A stretch of 64,000 bases of DNA from an uncultured Gemmatimonadales bacterium. GTDB taxonomy: Bacteria > Gemmatimonadota > Gemmatimonadetes > Longimicrobiales > Gaopeijiaceae. Position numbers and translations under genes: made by a program. The stretch lies in the NCBI GenBank assembly GCA_963823035.1, contig CAWGKG010000019.1, positions 32,001 to 96,000 of the forward strand, written 5' to 3'. The notes under the pieces are model-generated. The model saw only the letters and a program-made list of their open reading frames with translations, had not been told where the DNA came from and searched no databases. Below are positions 10,555 to 20,886 of this stretch, piece after piece (the stretch's first letter is position 1; each line of letters starts with the position of its first letter).

Positions 10555-10802
10555 TCCCTCCGGTCCGGGTCTCCGGACTCGAACAGCGAGTGGATCATGC
10601 ACAGGAACTCGATGAGCGCCCCACCCAGCGCCGACCACACGAACGTGGCGAGCTGCGAGCCCAGCGACCGACGTCGAACCGAAGCGAGCACGCGGCCGAG
10701 GAAGGCGGGCGACAGGGGCTCCACGTAGTCGCGCAACTCGCCCACGGGCGCGCCGAGATCCTCCTCGGCCCCGGTGTCGGCGCCGCGCGGGTCTTCCGCC
10801 AT
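10551..10802 (-). CDS. Small membrane-associated protein, possible anti-sigma factor
   Basis: 83 aa, directly downstream of the ECF gene, SPAFLGRVL motif plus one hydrophobic segment; stop overlaps the next start. Confidence 0.55.
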   Translation of the reverse strand: MAEDPRGADTGAEEDLGAPVGELRDYVEPLSPAFLGRVLASVRRRSLGSQLATFVWSALGGALIEFLCMIHSLFESGDPDRRE

Positions 10803-10809
10803 GTCTCCG

Positions 10810-11429
10810 TCAGCTCCCGGCACGGGCGTGAACTTCCTCGTCGATCTCCGCGAAGAGGCGCCGGAACTCCTCACGCGCGCGTTTGATGCGCATCTTCACC
10901 GCCGACAGACCGATGCCCAACTCGGCGGCGATCGTCTCGTAGGCGAAGCCGTCCATGTCGCGCAGGACGAGCGGCACCCGGAGCGTTTCACTCATCTGCA
11001 ACAGCACTTCCCCGATGCGCTGCCGCGTGCGCGCCCGCTCCATGGAACGCTCCACCTCGGGCGGCCGGGCGGCCGCCCGGTCGAGGGTCACCTCGTCCGC
11101 ATCGACCACAGGAAGGCGCCGCTTCTTCAGGAAGTTCAGGCAGTGGTTCGACTTGATGCGCTGCACCCACGTCTCGAGTGAGGATCGTCCCTCGAAGCGC
11201 GCGAGCCCGAAGTAGACCTTCACGAACACCTCCTGGGCCAGGTCCTCCGCGTCGTCGCGGGACCCGGAGAGATACCGACAGTTCGTCAGCACCTTGCTCT
11301 CGTAGCGGCGCACCAGCTCCTCGAACACGCGCGTGTCCCCTTCGGCCGCATGGCGGAGCAGCTCCACCAACTCCTCGTCGGTAGGTCGCGGATCGATGGC
11401 CAGGATCCCTCCGTGGTTCGGTTACCCAT
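10810..11429 (-). CDS. ECF sigma-70 factor (canonical DAED type); 5' end frameshifted
   Basis: FEELVRRY, DDAEDLAQEVF, FEGRSSLETWV; region 4 LVLRDMDGFAYETIAAELGIGLSAVKMRIKRAR. Confidence 0.88.
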
Positions 11430-11618
11430 CAGACCGTAGCGGTGCCGCAAAGTCACACCCGGCGCCTCACCGCGCGAGATGGGACGACCGCGCGGCGCCG
11501 GCCGTCCGGCGGTCGATGCGACTTCCGACGTCGGTCGTGGTCCATAGGGGAGAGCGCCCACACGGGCAGCGTCGGCGAAAGGCTCGCAGACGCGGGAAAA
11601 CCGGACCAGAGAGAGACG

Positions 11619-12052
11619 ATGCTCAAGGAATTCAAGGAGTTCGCCGTGAAGGGCAACATGCTCGACATGGCGGTCGGGTATCATCATCGGTGCGGCCTTC
11701 GGCACGATCATCCAGTCGCTCGTGAACGACATGATCATGCCCCCGATCGGGCTGATGCTGGGAGGCGTGGATTTCAGCGACCTGTTCCTGACGCTCAGCG
11801 CCGGCGCGGTGCCCGGCCCGTACGCCACGTTGGCCGCTGCGAAGGAGGCCGGGGCCGTCACGATCAACTACGGCCTATTCGCCAACGCCCTGCTCTCGTT
11901 CGTGATCGTCGCGTTCTCGGTCTTCATGGTGGTACGCTCCTTCAATCAGGCTGAAGCGCAAGGAAGAGGCCGCTCCCGCTGCCCCGCCGGCGCCGTCCAC
12001 CGAGGAGAGGCTGCTCGGAGAGATCAGGGACCTGCTGAAGGCCCGCGGGTAG
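11619..12052 (+). CDS. mscL: Large-conductance mechanosensitive channel (two frameshifts)
   Basis: [50 protein letters not shown]-terminal [10 protein letters not shown], stitched across frames. Confidence 0.92.
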
Positions 12053-12107
12053 GCGGCGCGACGTCCCGACCCCAGCCGGAATCCACTCGTTGAACGAGAG
12101 AACAGAT

Positions 12108-13451
12108 ATGAGAAAGCTCACGGCCATCGAGGGCCTCGATCCGGCCCTTGCCGAGCGCCTGGAGGCGAACGGCATCTGGTCGATGGAGGCTCTCCTGCGC
12201 GTCGGCGCGACGGTCACCGGTCGCAGGGTGCTCGCCGCGAGGACCGGAATCGACCCGATACGCGTCCTCCAGCTCGTCATCCAGGCCGACCTGATGCGCG
12301 TCGAGGGCATCGAGTTCGAGAACGCGGCGCTGCTCGAAGCCGCCGGCGTCGACGGCGTTCCCAACCTCGCCGCACGAACCGCCGACATCTTGGCCGCGAA
12401 GCTGGCCGAGGTGAACCGGACCGCGGAGCTCGTCCGGGCCGTCCCATCCGCCTCCCTGGTGGCGGCATGGGTGAGTCGGGCCGAGGGGCTGGGTCGGGTC
12501 CTCGTACACACAGAAAGGGCGAGACGGCAAGCGGCGGAGATCGGAGCGGCCCGGAGGCCTTCGTTCGGCGGATTCGGCGAGGCCTCGACACTCGATGCAT
12601 GGCCACGGCGGTCCGGGCTGATCCTCGTGGCGCTGACGTTCGCCACCGTGATCGCGAGCCCGGTAGCGGCGCAGGAGCCGATCACCTGGGAGGGCGCCAC
12701 CGAGCTGAGCTTCGTATCGACGGGCGGCAACGCGTCCTCGAGCACGCTGGGCCTCAAGGCCGCGCTGACCGGCACGAAGAACGCGAACGTGTTCAAGCTC
12801 GAGATGGGCGGCGTCCGCAGCGAGACCGGCACGACCACGCGCACGGCCACCGGCACCATCGCGAGCCACACGATCAACGAGACGACGGTCTCGCTCGTCA
12901 CGGCCGCGAGCTACTTCGCGAAAGGACGCTACGACCGGGAGTTCGGGCAGATGTTCGCGTTCACCGGGGCCGGCTGGGACCGGAACACCTTCTCGGGGAT
13001 CCAGAACCGCTACGCGCTGGTGGCCGGCGTCGGCCGGACGTTCGTCGACGGGGACAACGGGCACCTCAAGGCCGACGTCGGCGCGACCTACACGATCCAG
13101 AAGGACGTGGATCCGGCTCCCGGCGCGGACGAGGGCTTCGGGGGCCTGCGCTTCGGTCTGGACGCCAAGCGCAAGCTCTCCGAGACCGCGGAGTACCTCT
13201 CCGCATTGACCGTGGACGAGAACGTCGAGGACACGAAGGATCTGCGCGCGGATTGGACCCACTCGATCGCCGTCGCACTGTCGGAAAGGCTGGCGCTCAA
13301 GACGTCGGTCCAGCTCCTCTACGACAACCAGCCATCGCTGCTCGGCGTGCCCCTGGTGGACGCCGGTGGTCTGCCCACCGGATCGATGGTCTCCACCCCC
13401 GGCGACAAGGTCGACCGGATCCTCACGCTCACGCTGGTCATCAAGCTGTAG
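12108..13451 (+). CDS. DUF4332 (HhH-like) domain in frame with a DUF481/YdiY-like outer-membrane beta-barrel
   Basis: N-terminal LTAIEGL...ADLMRVEGI...LLEAAGVD; internal signal peptide (LILVALTFATVIASPVAAQE); barrel part WEGATELSFVSTGGN...YDNQP...TLTLVIKL. Confidence 0.7.
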   Translation: MRKLTAIEGLDPALAERLEANGIWSMEALLRVGATVTGRRVLAARTGIDPIRVLQLVIQADLMRVEGIEFENAALLEAAGVDGVPNLAARTADILAAKLAEVNRTAELVRAVPSASLVAAWVSRAEGLGRVLVHTERARRQAAEIGAARRPSFGGFGEASTLDAWPRRSGLILVALTFATVIASPVAAQEPITWEGATELSFVSTGGNASSSTLGLKAALTGTKNANVFKLEMGGVRSETGTTTRTATGTIASHTINETTVSLVTAASYFAKGRYDREFGQMFAFTGAGWDRNTFSGIQNRYALVAGVGRTFVDGDNGHLKADVGATYTIQKDVDPAPGADEGFGGLRFGLDAKRKLSETAEYLSALTVDENVEDTKDLRADWTHSIAVALSERLALKTSVQLLYDNQPSLLGVPLVDAGGLPTGSMVSTPGDKVDRILTLTLVIKL

Positions 13452-13709
13452 AAGGTCGCTCGGGTGCCGGGGTGGGCCGTGTCCCCCCGGGTACGCGCAG
13501 GTCGATGCCGACGGTAGGTGCGTTGGCTCACCGGCTTCAGGATCCGTTCCCGTTCACGACCACCCCGGCTGGGATCGCACGCGCGCCGCCGGCCGCGCCC
13601 TGGTGCCACGCCGGGCCGGCCATCGCGGACTTCGGTGTTTCCACTTCGAGGGCGTAAACCCATCTTGGAGGCGTCGAGCACCCCCTCATGTCCTCAAGGT
13701 CAGGGCCTC

Positions 13710-15149
13710 ATGACGCGTCGCACCCGGGTTCCGATCTCTCTCGTCGTCCTCCTCGTCGCCGCGTGCGGCGAAGACGCGCCGTCCGACGCCGGGCTCGTGG
13801 CCCGCGCCGTCGATCAGACCTGGACGGTCGATGAAGCCGCCGCGCTCATCGCGCCGGACACGGCGCTGCCGGCCGAAGCCGAGACCGTGCGGACGATCGC
13901 GAACCTCTGGATCGACTACACCCTGCTCGCGACCGCGGCGATGCGGGACAGCACCCTTTCGCAGGTGGACGTCTCTCCCCTGGTGATCGACCTCGCCCAG
14001 CAGCAGATGATCACGGCCCTGCGCGACTCCGTCATCACGGTGGAGCCCGTCTCCGCCGAGGAGCTCCAGCGGGCGTATCGTGAGCAGGCCGCCGGGTCCC
14101 TGGTGCGTGCGCGCCAGATCCTCCTGACGTGGCCGGAGGACGCGACCCAGGCGCAGAGGGACAGCGTCCGGAGCGCCCTCGAGGCGGCGCGCTCCCGCAT
14201 CGTGGACGGAGGCGAGGATTTCGGCACGGTGGCCGAGGCCATCAGCCAGAACCCCGGGGGCTCGGCCGGGGGGATCGATCTCGGTGTCGTGCGCCGTGGA
14301 CAGCTCGATCGGTCGCTGGACTCGGCCCTCTTCGCGCTGGATCCGGGAGAGGTGAGCCAGCCGGTCGTTTCGCCCTACGGCGTGCACCTCCTCCAGGTCC
14401 AGGAGCGCCTCACGCCGTCGCTCGCCCAGTTCCGTGCGATCCTCATGGGTCGTCGCGCGGCCGCCGCCGAGTCCGTCTACGTCGCACAGCTCGATTCCCA
14501 GGTCGCTCCCGAGATCCTCGACGGCGCCGAGGAACGGGTGCGCGACATGGCGCGCAACTATCGCCGACCCCTCCCGGAGCGGGAAGAGACCCGCCCCCTC
14601 CTGCGCTACAACGGAGGCTCGGTGACCCAGGGAGAGGTGCTCTGGTATCTGCAGAGCCAGGCACCGCTGGTCCGAATGCAGATCGCCGCCTCCCGCGACG
14701 CGACGATCCCCGACCAGGTCCTTCGCATCGTGGCGCACAAGGAGCTCCTGACCGCTGCCGCCCTGCGCCGTGGATGGTCGTCACCCGTGGAGATGCGTGA
14801 CCAGGCCGCGGCGTCGGCACGACGCAACCTGGCCGACGCGGCCCGCCAGCTGGGGCTCCTGGGCATCGAGGTGCCCGAAGGACAGCATCCCCAGGATGCC
14901 GTCCGCCAGGCCGTGTCCGCCCTCCTTTCGGACATGTTGACCGGTGCCCGCCGGGAGGTCACGCCGCTGGGCGTGATGTCCTACATCCTGCGTCGGCAGT
15001 TCCCCGGGCGCATCGTGCAGCCCGGCGTCGACGAGGTGGTCGCGCGCGTCCAGGAGATCGCGCGGGGGTACGACGACCGCGGGAGGTGGCGCGTAGCGGG
15101 ATTGGCACAGGGAGCTTCGACGCTGTTGCGGATTCGCTACAAAATGTGA
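13710..15149 (+). CDS. Parvulin/PpiC-type peptidyl-prolyl isomerase lipoprotein (3' end uncertain)
   Basis: Lipobox LVAAC; VRARQILL, GEDFGTVAEAIS, GGIDLG, VSQPVVSPYGVHLLQV. Confidence 0.8.
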   Translation: MTRRTRVPISLVVLLVAACGEDAPSDAGLVARAVDQTWTVDEAAALIAPDTALPAEAETVRTIANLWIDYTLLATAAMRDSTLSQVDVSPLVIDLAQQQMITALRDSVITVEPVSAEELQRAYREQAAGSLVRARQILLTWPEDATQAQRDSVRSALEAARSRIVDGGEDFGTVAEAISQNPGGSAGGIDLGVVRRGQLDRSLDSALFALDPGEVSQPVVSPYGVHLLQVQERLTPSLAQFRAILMGRRAAAAESVYVAQLDSQVAPEILDGAEERVRDMARNYRRPLPEREETRPLLRYNGGSVTQGEVLWYLQSQAPLVRMQIAASRDATIPDQVLRIVAHKELLTAAALRRGWSSPVEMRDQAAASARRNLADAARQLGLLGIEVPEGQHPQDAVRQAVSALLSDMLTGARREVTPLGVMSYILRRQFPGRIVQPGVDEVVARVQEIARGYDDRGRWRVAGLAQGASTLLRIRYKM

Positions 15150-15242
15150 CACATCCTCGGCAGACGTCCGACCGGTGAAGTCGCGGACCTCGTCTTGTAA
15201 GCCCATGTCGCAGAATGGCTTGACTCGGAGGTGGAGACCCAG

Positions 15243-15256
15243 GGCATGTAATTTGC
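15243..15256 (+). promoter_or_regulatory. Sigma54 -24/-12 promoter of PEP-CTERM gene 1
   Basis: GGCATGTAATTTGC (GG-N10-GC) about 57 bp before the ATG; conserved in the paralogous upstream region. Confidence 0.7.
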
Positions 15257-15312
15257 GATCTCTCTCCGAGCCTGCTCGAACGTCGTGTCCCCCAAGCACC
15301 CGGAGAGCCCCT

Positions 15313-16426
15313 ATGCGCCTCAAAGTTCCCGGGGGCCGCGGCTGCGGTCTTGGCGGTGGTATGTGCATCCACTGCCCAAGCCCAGTCGATCGACCCCTCC
15401 ACCTTCAGTGCCACACTGGACGTGGGTGAGTCCGTCACGATCCACAAGACCATCACCCTTGCGCCCGGGGGAGCTGACCTCGTCGACCTGTACATGCTGG
15501 CCGACAACACGGGCAGCATGGGTGGCACGATCAACCAGGCCCAGGCCGGTGCCTCGGCGATCCTCGGTGCGCTTCCCACGAACACGTGGGTCGGCGTCGG
15601 CGACTACCAGGGCGACTGCTACGAGGGTGGCCTGGCCGCCGGATGCAGAGAGGAAGCCACGACCTACTACGGGTTCGGTGAGAAGCAAGCGCTGACCGGC
15701 GACCTCACGGCCGCCCAGACCGGCATCAACGGGTGGTTCGCCGGCTACGGCGGTGACTACCCCGAGGCCAACTTCGACGCGCTCCGCATGGTCGCGGAGG
15801 GCACGAGCTGGCGGGCCGGCTCGCAGCGCCTGGTCGTCTGGTTCGGCGATGCGCCGTCGCACACGGAGAGCACGACCATGGCCGGCGCCATCGCGGCGCT
15901 GAACGCCAAGGGCATCACCGTGCTCGCGTTCAACAACACGTCGGCCGGCAACGGCATGGACGGGAGCTACGGCGCGGACTCGAACCAGGCCTCGACCGTC
16001 GCCTCCGCCACCGGCGGAAGCATCTTCAACAACTTCGGCGGCCTGACGGGCACCGACTTCGTGGACGCCGTGAACGGCGCGATCAGGTCGGCGACGTCGA
16101 CGCTCGACCTGGTGTTCGGCACGGACTTCTTCGACATCTACGCCGGCGGGCTGTCGTTCTCGTTCTCGTGCACCGACGCTGCGGGTTGCACGGGTGTCGG
16201 CGGCGGCGAGTCGCGCACGTTCGACGTGACGATCACGGCGCTCGCCGAGGGCACGTACGACTTCACGATCGGCGCGGACGGCGTGGCCGCTCGTGAGATG
16301 GACCACATCGTGGTCGGCGGCGGCGGCTCCGTGGTTCCCGAGCCTTCGACGTGGCTGATGCTGGCCACGGGGCTCCTGGGCCTCGGGTTCGTGGCCTGGA
16401 AGCGCAAGGAAGAAGAGCTGGTCTGA
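15313..16426 (+). CDS. PEP-CTERM sorting-domain surface protein with vWA-like domain (copy 1; frameshift in the first codons)
   Basis: Signal peptide ...STAQAQ; MIDAS-like LADNTGSM; GGDYPEA; C-terminal VPEPSTWLMLATGLLGLGFVAWKRK. Confidence 0.9.
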
Positions 16427-16450
16427 CCGCGAGGTCGGTCCAACGGTCGG

Positions 16451-16494
16451 TCCGCTCCCGTACCCCGCGCGGGGTACGGGAGCGGATTGCTTTT
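16451..16494 (+). terminator. Intrinsic terminator-like perfect 36-bp palindrome, copy 1
   Basis: TCCGCTCCCGTACCCCGCGCGGGGTACGGGAGCGGA (16451-16486) followed by TTGCTTTT. Confidence 0.8.
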
Positions 16495-16634
16495 CGGGAC
16501 GGCCCGGCCCCGGCTTTGTGTTCGGTCTCCACGACGAATGTGACACGTTCTCGGCAGAGACGCGGCTCCCCCGACGGCGGGCGATGTCTCGTAACCCTCT
16601 GTCGGGGATGGGGTTTGGTCAGATCGACATCGAA

Positions 16635-16648
16635 GGCATGTAGCTTGC
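16635..16648 (+). promoter_or_regulatory. Sigma54 -24/-12 promoter of PEP-CTERM gene 2
   Basis: GGCATGTAGCTTGC (GG-N10-GC) about 58 bp before ATG 16707. Confidence 0.7.
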
Positions 16649-16706
16649 AGATAGACGGGCGAAGCCTGCTCGAATGTCCTGTCCCCCAAAGCACCCGGAG
16701 ACCCCA

Positions 16707-17828
16707 ATGCGACGTAAGTTCCTGGGGGTCGCGGCTGCAGCTTTGGCGGTGGTGTCTGCATCCACTGCCCAAGCCCAGTCGATCGACCCCGCCACATTCA
16801 GTGCCACGATGGACGTGGGTGAGTCCGTAACCATCCACAAGACCATCACCCTGGCCGCCGGCGGAGCCGACCTGGTCGACCTGTACATGCTGGCCGACAA
16901 CACGGGCAGCATGGGTGGCACGATCAACTCAGGCCAAGGCCGGTGCCTCTGCCATCCTCGGTGCGCTTCCCACGAACACCTGGGTCGGCGTCGGCGACTA
17001 CCTGGGCGACTGCTCCGAGGGTGGCCAGCCTGCCGGGTGCATTCAGGGCTCCGTCGGCTTCCGACGAGGACGCGGCGCTGATCGGCAGACTCGTCCGGAA
17101 CGGGCGGCGCCCAGGCCGGCATCAACGACTGGCGAGCGCACGGGCGGCGGTGACGGCCCCGAGGGCAACTTCGACGCGCTGCGCGTGGTCTGCCGAGAAC
17201 ACGGCTTGGCGGTCGGGCTCGCAGCGCCTGGTCGTCTGGTTCGGCGACTGCGCCGTCGCACACCGAGAGCACGACCATGGCCGAGCGCCATCGCGGCGCT
17301 CAACGCCAAGGGCATCACCGTGATCGCGTTCAACAACTACGGTGCCGGCACCGGCATCGACGGTAACTACGGCGGGGACAATCGAACCAGGCTTCGACGA
17401 TCGCCGCCGCCACGGGCGGAAGCCTCTTCAACAACTTCGGTGGCCTGACGGGTTCCGACTTCGTGGACGCCGTGAACGACGCGATCAGCTCCACGACGTC
17501 GACGCTCGACCTGGTGTTCGGCACGGACTTCTTCGACATCTACGCCGGCGGGCTGTCGTTCTCGTTCTCGTGCACCGACGCTGCGGGTTGCACGGGTGTC
17601 GGCGGCGGCGAGTCGCGCACGTTCGACGTGACGATCACGGCGCTCGCCGAGGGCACGTACGACTTCACGATCGGCGCGGACGGCGTGGCCGCTCGTGAGA
17701 TGGACCACATCGTGGTCGGCGGCGGCGGCTCCGTCGTTCCCGAGCCCTCGACGTGGCTGATGCTGGCCACGGGGCTCCTGGGCCTCGGGTTCGTGGCCTG
17801 GCGGCGCAAGGAAGAAGAGTTGGCGTGA
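16707..17828 (+). CDS. PEP-CTERM vWA-like surface protein (copy 2; several frameshifts 16930-17400, possibly a pseudogene)
   Basis: Paralog of 15313..16426: MRRKFLGVAAAALAVVSASTAQAQSIDP, LADNTGSM, VPEPSTWLMLATG. Confidence 0.8.
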
Positions 17829-17852
17829 CGGCCTGCTAGGTCTGCACTATAG

Positions 17853-17895
17853 TCCGCTCCCGTACCCCGCGCGGGGTACGGGAGCGGATTGTTTT
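17853..17895 (+). terminator. Intrinsic terminator-like perfect 36-bp palindrome, copy 2
   Basis: Same palindrome at 17853-17888 followed by TTGTTTT. Confidence 0.8.
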
Positions 17896-17918
17896 CCCCC
17901 GGAGACCCCGTCGACGCC

Positions 17919-18460
17919 ATGAACCAGCTGCGCAGAGTGGCCGCAGCGGCCTATCTCCTGGCCGCGCTCCTGATCGTGTTCACCTCCATGGACCTGGTGC
18001 AGAGCGTCTGGCCGATCCGGGCGGGCGACGTTCAGTGGCGGGTCCTGTCGGTCGGGCTCCTGAGCCGGATGTTGATCACGCCGCTTCTCGGGCTGGTGGT
18101 AGCCTATTTCGCGGCGCTTCTCATGGAGCATCGACGCGTGCTCCGTACACTGGCGGTCCTGGAGGCCCTGCTCGCGGTGCTCCTCGTGGTCGGTATCGGC
18201 TTCTACGCGCTCGACGCCCTCGAGCTGCGGGCGCGGCATCACCGAGGGCAACCGCAACTACGACCTCGGGATCGCCTTCTCCTTCGTGAAGTACATCGTT
18301 CGGCTTCGTGGTGCTCGCGGTGCTGACGATCGGCCAATGGCGCGCAGCGTCGGGGATACGGAAGGGGGGCACTCGTCGTCAGGGCTCGGAGCCCGCGACG
18401 CCCGTGGTGTTCGCGCCGGGCGAGAAGGGACGGAGCGCCCAGCGCGGCCAAGCCTCCTGA
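17919..18460 (+). CDS. Hypothetical multi-pass membrane protein (frameshifted, 3' end approximate)
   Basis: ATG 17919; 3-4 hydrophobic segments (VWPIRAGDVQWR...ITPLLGLVV). Confidence 0.55.
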
Positions 18461-18509
18461 AGTGGAGCCGATCCAGGAAGCCTGAGCGCGTCCAACCGGC
18501 GCCCAGACG

Positions 18510-19574
18510 ATGTCCAGCGCCCGAAGGATGGGGTCCGGCGCTCTGTCCGCACTCCTGGCCGCGCTCCTGACGGGCGCGCCGTCCCCCGGTTGGGCGCAGG
18601 TAGCTCGTTCGGGCAACCCGGTCTTCCCTGGATGGTACGCCGATCCCGAGGCCCACGTCTTCGACGGCGCCTACTGGATCTACCCGACCACCTCCGCGCC
18701 GTACGACGAGCAGACGTTCATGGACGCCTTCTCGTCCACCGACCTCGTGACGTGGACGCGCCATCCGCACGTCCTCGCGCTCGAGAGCGTGACGTGGGGC
18801 CGACGGGCGCTGTGGGCGCCGTCCGTCGTGGAGAAGGACGGCTGGTACTACATCTTCTTCTCCGCCAACGACATCCAGAGCGACGACGAGCTCGGTGGGA
18901 TCGGGGTGGCCCGGGCGCGCTCGCCGGACGGGCCCTTCGAGGACTGGCTGGGGAAGCCGCTGATCGGGCGGTTCCACAACGGTGCGCAGCCGATCGACCC
19001 CTTCGTCTTCCAGGACGTGGACGGAACCTGGTACGTGACGTACGGAGGCTGGCGGCATTGCAACATCGCCCGTCTGAACGACGACTTCACGGGCTTCGTG
19101 CCGTTCGAGGACGGCACCACCTTCCGCGAGATCACGCCCGAGGGCTACGTCGAGGGGTCCTATATGCTCCGGAAGGACGGCCGCTACTGGTTCATGTGGT
19201 CCGAAGGCGGGTGGACGGGCCCCGACTACGCGGTGGCGTATGCGGTCGCCGCCTCACCCACGGGCCCGTTCGAGCGGGTGGGGAAGATCCTCGAGCAGGA
19301 CCCCGAGGTCGCCACCGGCGCGGGCCACCATTCGGTGCTGCACGCTCCGGGCTCCGACCGCTGGTACATCGTCTACCACCGCCGCCCCCTGGGCGAGACG
19401 GACCGGAACCACCGCGTGGTGTGCATCGACGAGCTGCACTTCACCGCTGACGGGCGCATCGAGCCCGTGACGATCACGAAGGAGGGCGTGGCGCCGGACC
19501 CCATCGCCCCCGAAGGCACCAGGCGTCCGGCGCCCACGCGTCCTCAGGAGGATCCGGCCGGCCGGTCTCCGTAG
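18510..19574 (+). CDS. Glycoside hydrolase family 43, exported
   Basis: Signal peptide; NPVFPGWYADP, WAPS, IDPFVFQD, EGS, GHHSV, VYHR propeller motifs. Confidence 0.9.
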   Translation: MSSARRMGSGALSALLAALLTGAPSPGWAQVARSGNPVFPGWYADPEAHVFDGAYWIYPTTSAPYDEQTFMDAFSSTDLVTWTRHPHVLALESVTWGRRALWAPSVVEKDGWYYIFFSANDIQSDDELGGIGVARARSPDGPFEDWLGKPLIGRFHNGAQPIDPFVFQDVDGTWYVTYGGWRHCNIARLNDDFTGFVPFEDGTTFREITPEGYVEGSYMLRKDGRYWFMWSEGGWTGPDYAVAYAVAASPTGPFERVGKILEQDPEVATGAGHHSVLHAPGSDRWYIVYHRRPLGETDRNHRVVCIDELHFTADGRIEPVTITKEGVAPDPIAPEGTRRPAPTRPQEDPAGRSP

Positions 19575-20886
19575 ATCAGATAGGGCGCGCGCCGCTGCTC
19601 GAAGGCCGCGAGGGCGGTGTCCCATCCGGCGGTGATCTCGGCCAGGTCCTGCCCGGCGTCGATCGCCAGGCGGATCTTGTCCGTTCCCGACAGCCGATCC
19701 ATCGCGGCGTCGCGCCACGCCCAATGGTCTCCCGATCGGCGGTAGACCTCGATCAGGGTGGCGATCCCCGCGCGTGGCGCGTCGTAGTCGGTCGCGAGGG
19801 GCACGAGCGTCACGCCGTGCACCTCGACGCCCTCGAACTTCCCGTCACCGGCTTCGTGCGGCGTGAACGTCGCTGGATCGAAGCGCACGCCGGGGATCTC
19901 CCGCGCGTTCAGCGCCGCCGCGAGCTCCTCGCCGTCCAGCCAGGGCGCGCCCATCCACTGGTAGGCGTGCTCGCTTCCCCGGCCGACGGAGATCGGCGTG
20001 GCCTCGAAGAGGCACGTGCCCGCGTAGGCCAACGCGCTCTCCAGCGTGGGCATGCTGGGCGACGGCTTGACCCAGGGGAGCCCCGTCTGGTCGAACGTCA
20101 TGTCCCTGCGCCAGCCATCCATCGGGACGACCTCCAGGTCGACGTGGATCCCGAACTCGCCGACCAGCATCCGGGCGAGCTCGGCGTTGGTCATCCCGTG
20201 GCGCATGGGCACGGGATACATCCCGACGAACGACGCGAACGCGGGATCGAGGACGTTGCCCTGCACCACGTCACCACGAATGGGGTTCGGGCGGTCCAGC
20301 ACGATGAACGGAATGCCCTTCTCGCCTGCGGCCTGCATGCCGTAGGCCATGGTGGACGGGTAGGTGTAGTAGCGGACGCCGACGCCCTGGATGTCGAAGA
20401 GCAGCACGTCGATGCCCTCGAGCATCTCCTGCGGGAAGCGGACCGAGGCGCCGTAGACGGAGTGGACGGGGATCCCCGTCTTCTCGTCCACGCCCTCCGC
20501 GATGTCCGCGCCCGCGTTCTCGACGCCCCGGATGCCGTGCTCGGGCGCATAGAGCGCCACCAGCTCCACGTCGGGGCTTTCGTGCAGGAGGTCGATGGAC
20601 GACTTGCCCGTGTGATCGAGGCCCGAGTGGTTGGTGATCAGCCCGACCCGCTTGCCGCGGACCAGGTGGACGGAGTCGGAGAGAAGGACCTCGATGCCCG
20701 GCCGCACGATCTCGGGCGCCGCGCCGGCGGCCGCGTCGCCCGCGTCCCCGCGGGTGGGGCGCAGGCTCCCTGGAGAAGGGTGAACAGGAGGACCGGAATT
20801 CCGGCCAGGGCGGGACGCAGGACGCGGATCGCGTGCCGTCCCGTGGGGTCGCGGCGCACGAGGCGCCCGGAGGTCTGGGTGTCCAT
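19544..20886 (-). CDS. namZ: Exo-beta-N-acetylmuramidase NamZ (DUF1343) lipoprotein; 5' frameshift
   Basis: RVGLITNHSG, APEHGIRG, FDIQGVGVRYYTY, VLDRPNP, PMRHGMT, PSPSMP, terminal PYLIY. Confidence 0.85.

Noticed and set aside
15103..15118. TGGCAC as another sigma54 promoter
   Set aside because: No TTGC/GC at the required GG-N10-GC spacing.
15313..17828. Diversity-generating retroelement TR/VR pair
   Set aside because: No reverse transcriptase in the window; differences are not adenine-specific and both copies are whole-gene paralogs.
16451..17888. The two 36-bp palindromes as REP or mobile repeats
   Set aside because: Each follows a paralog's stop codon and precedes a T-run, so duplicated terminators explain them.
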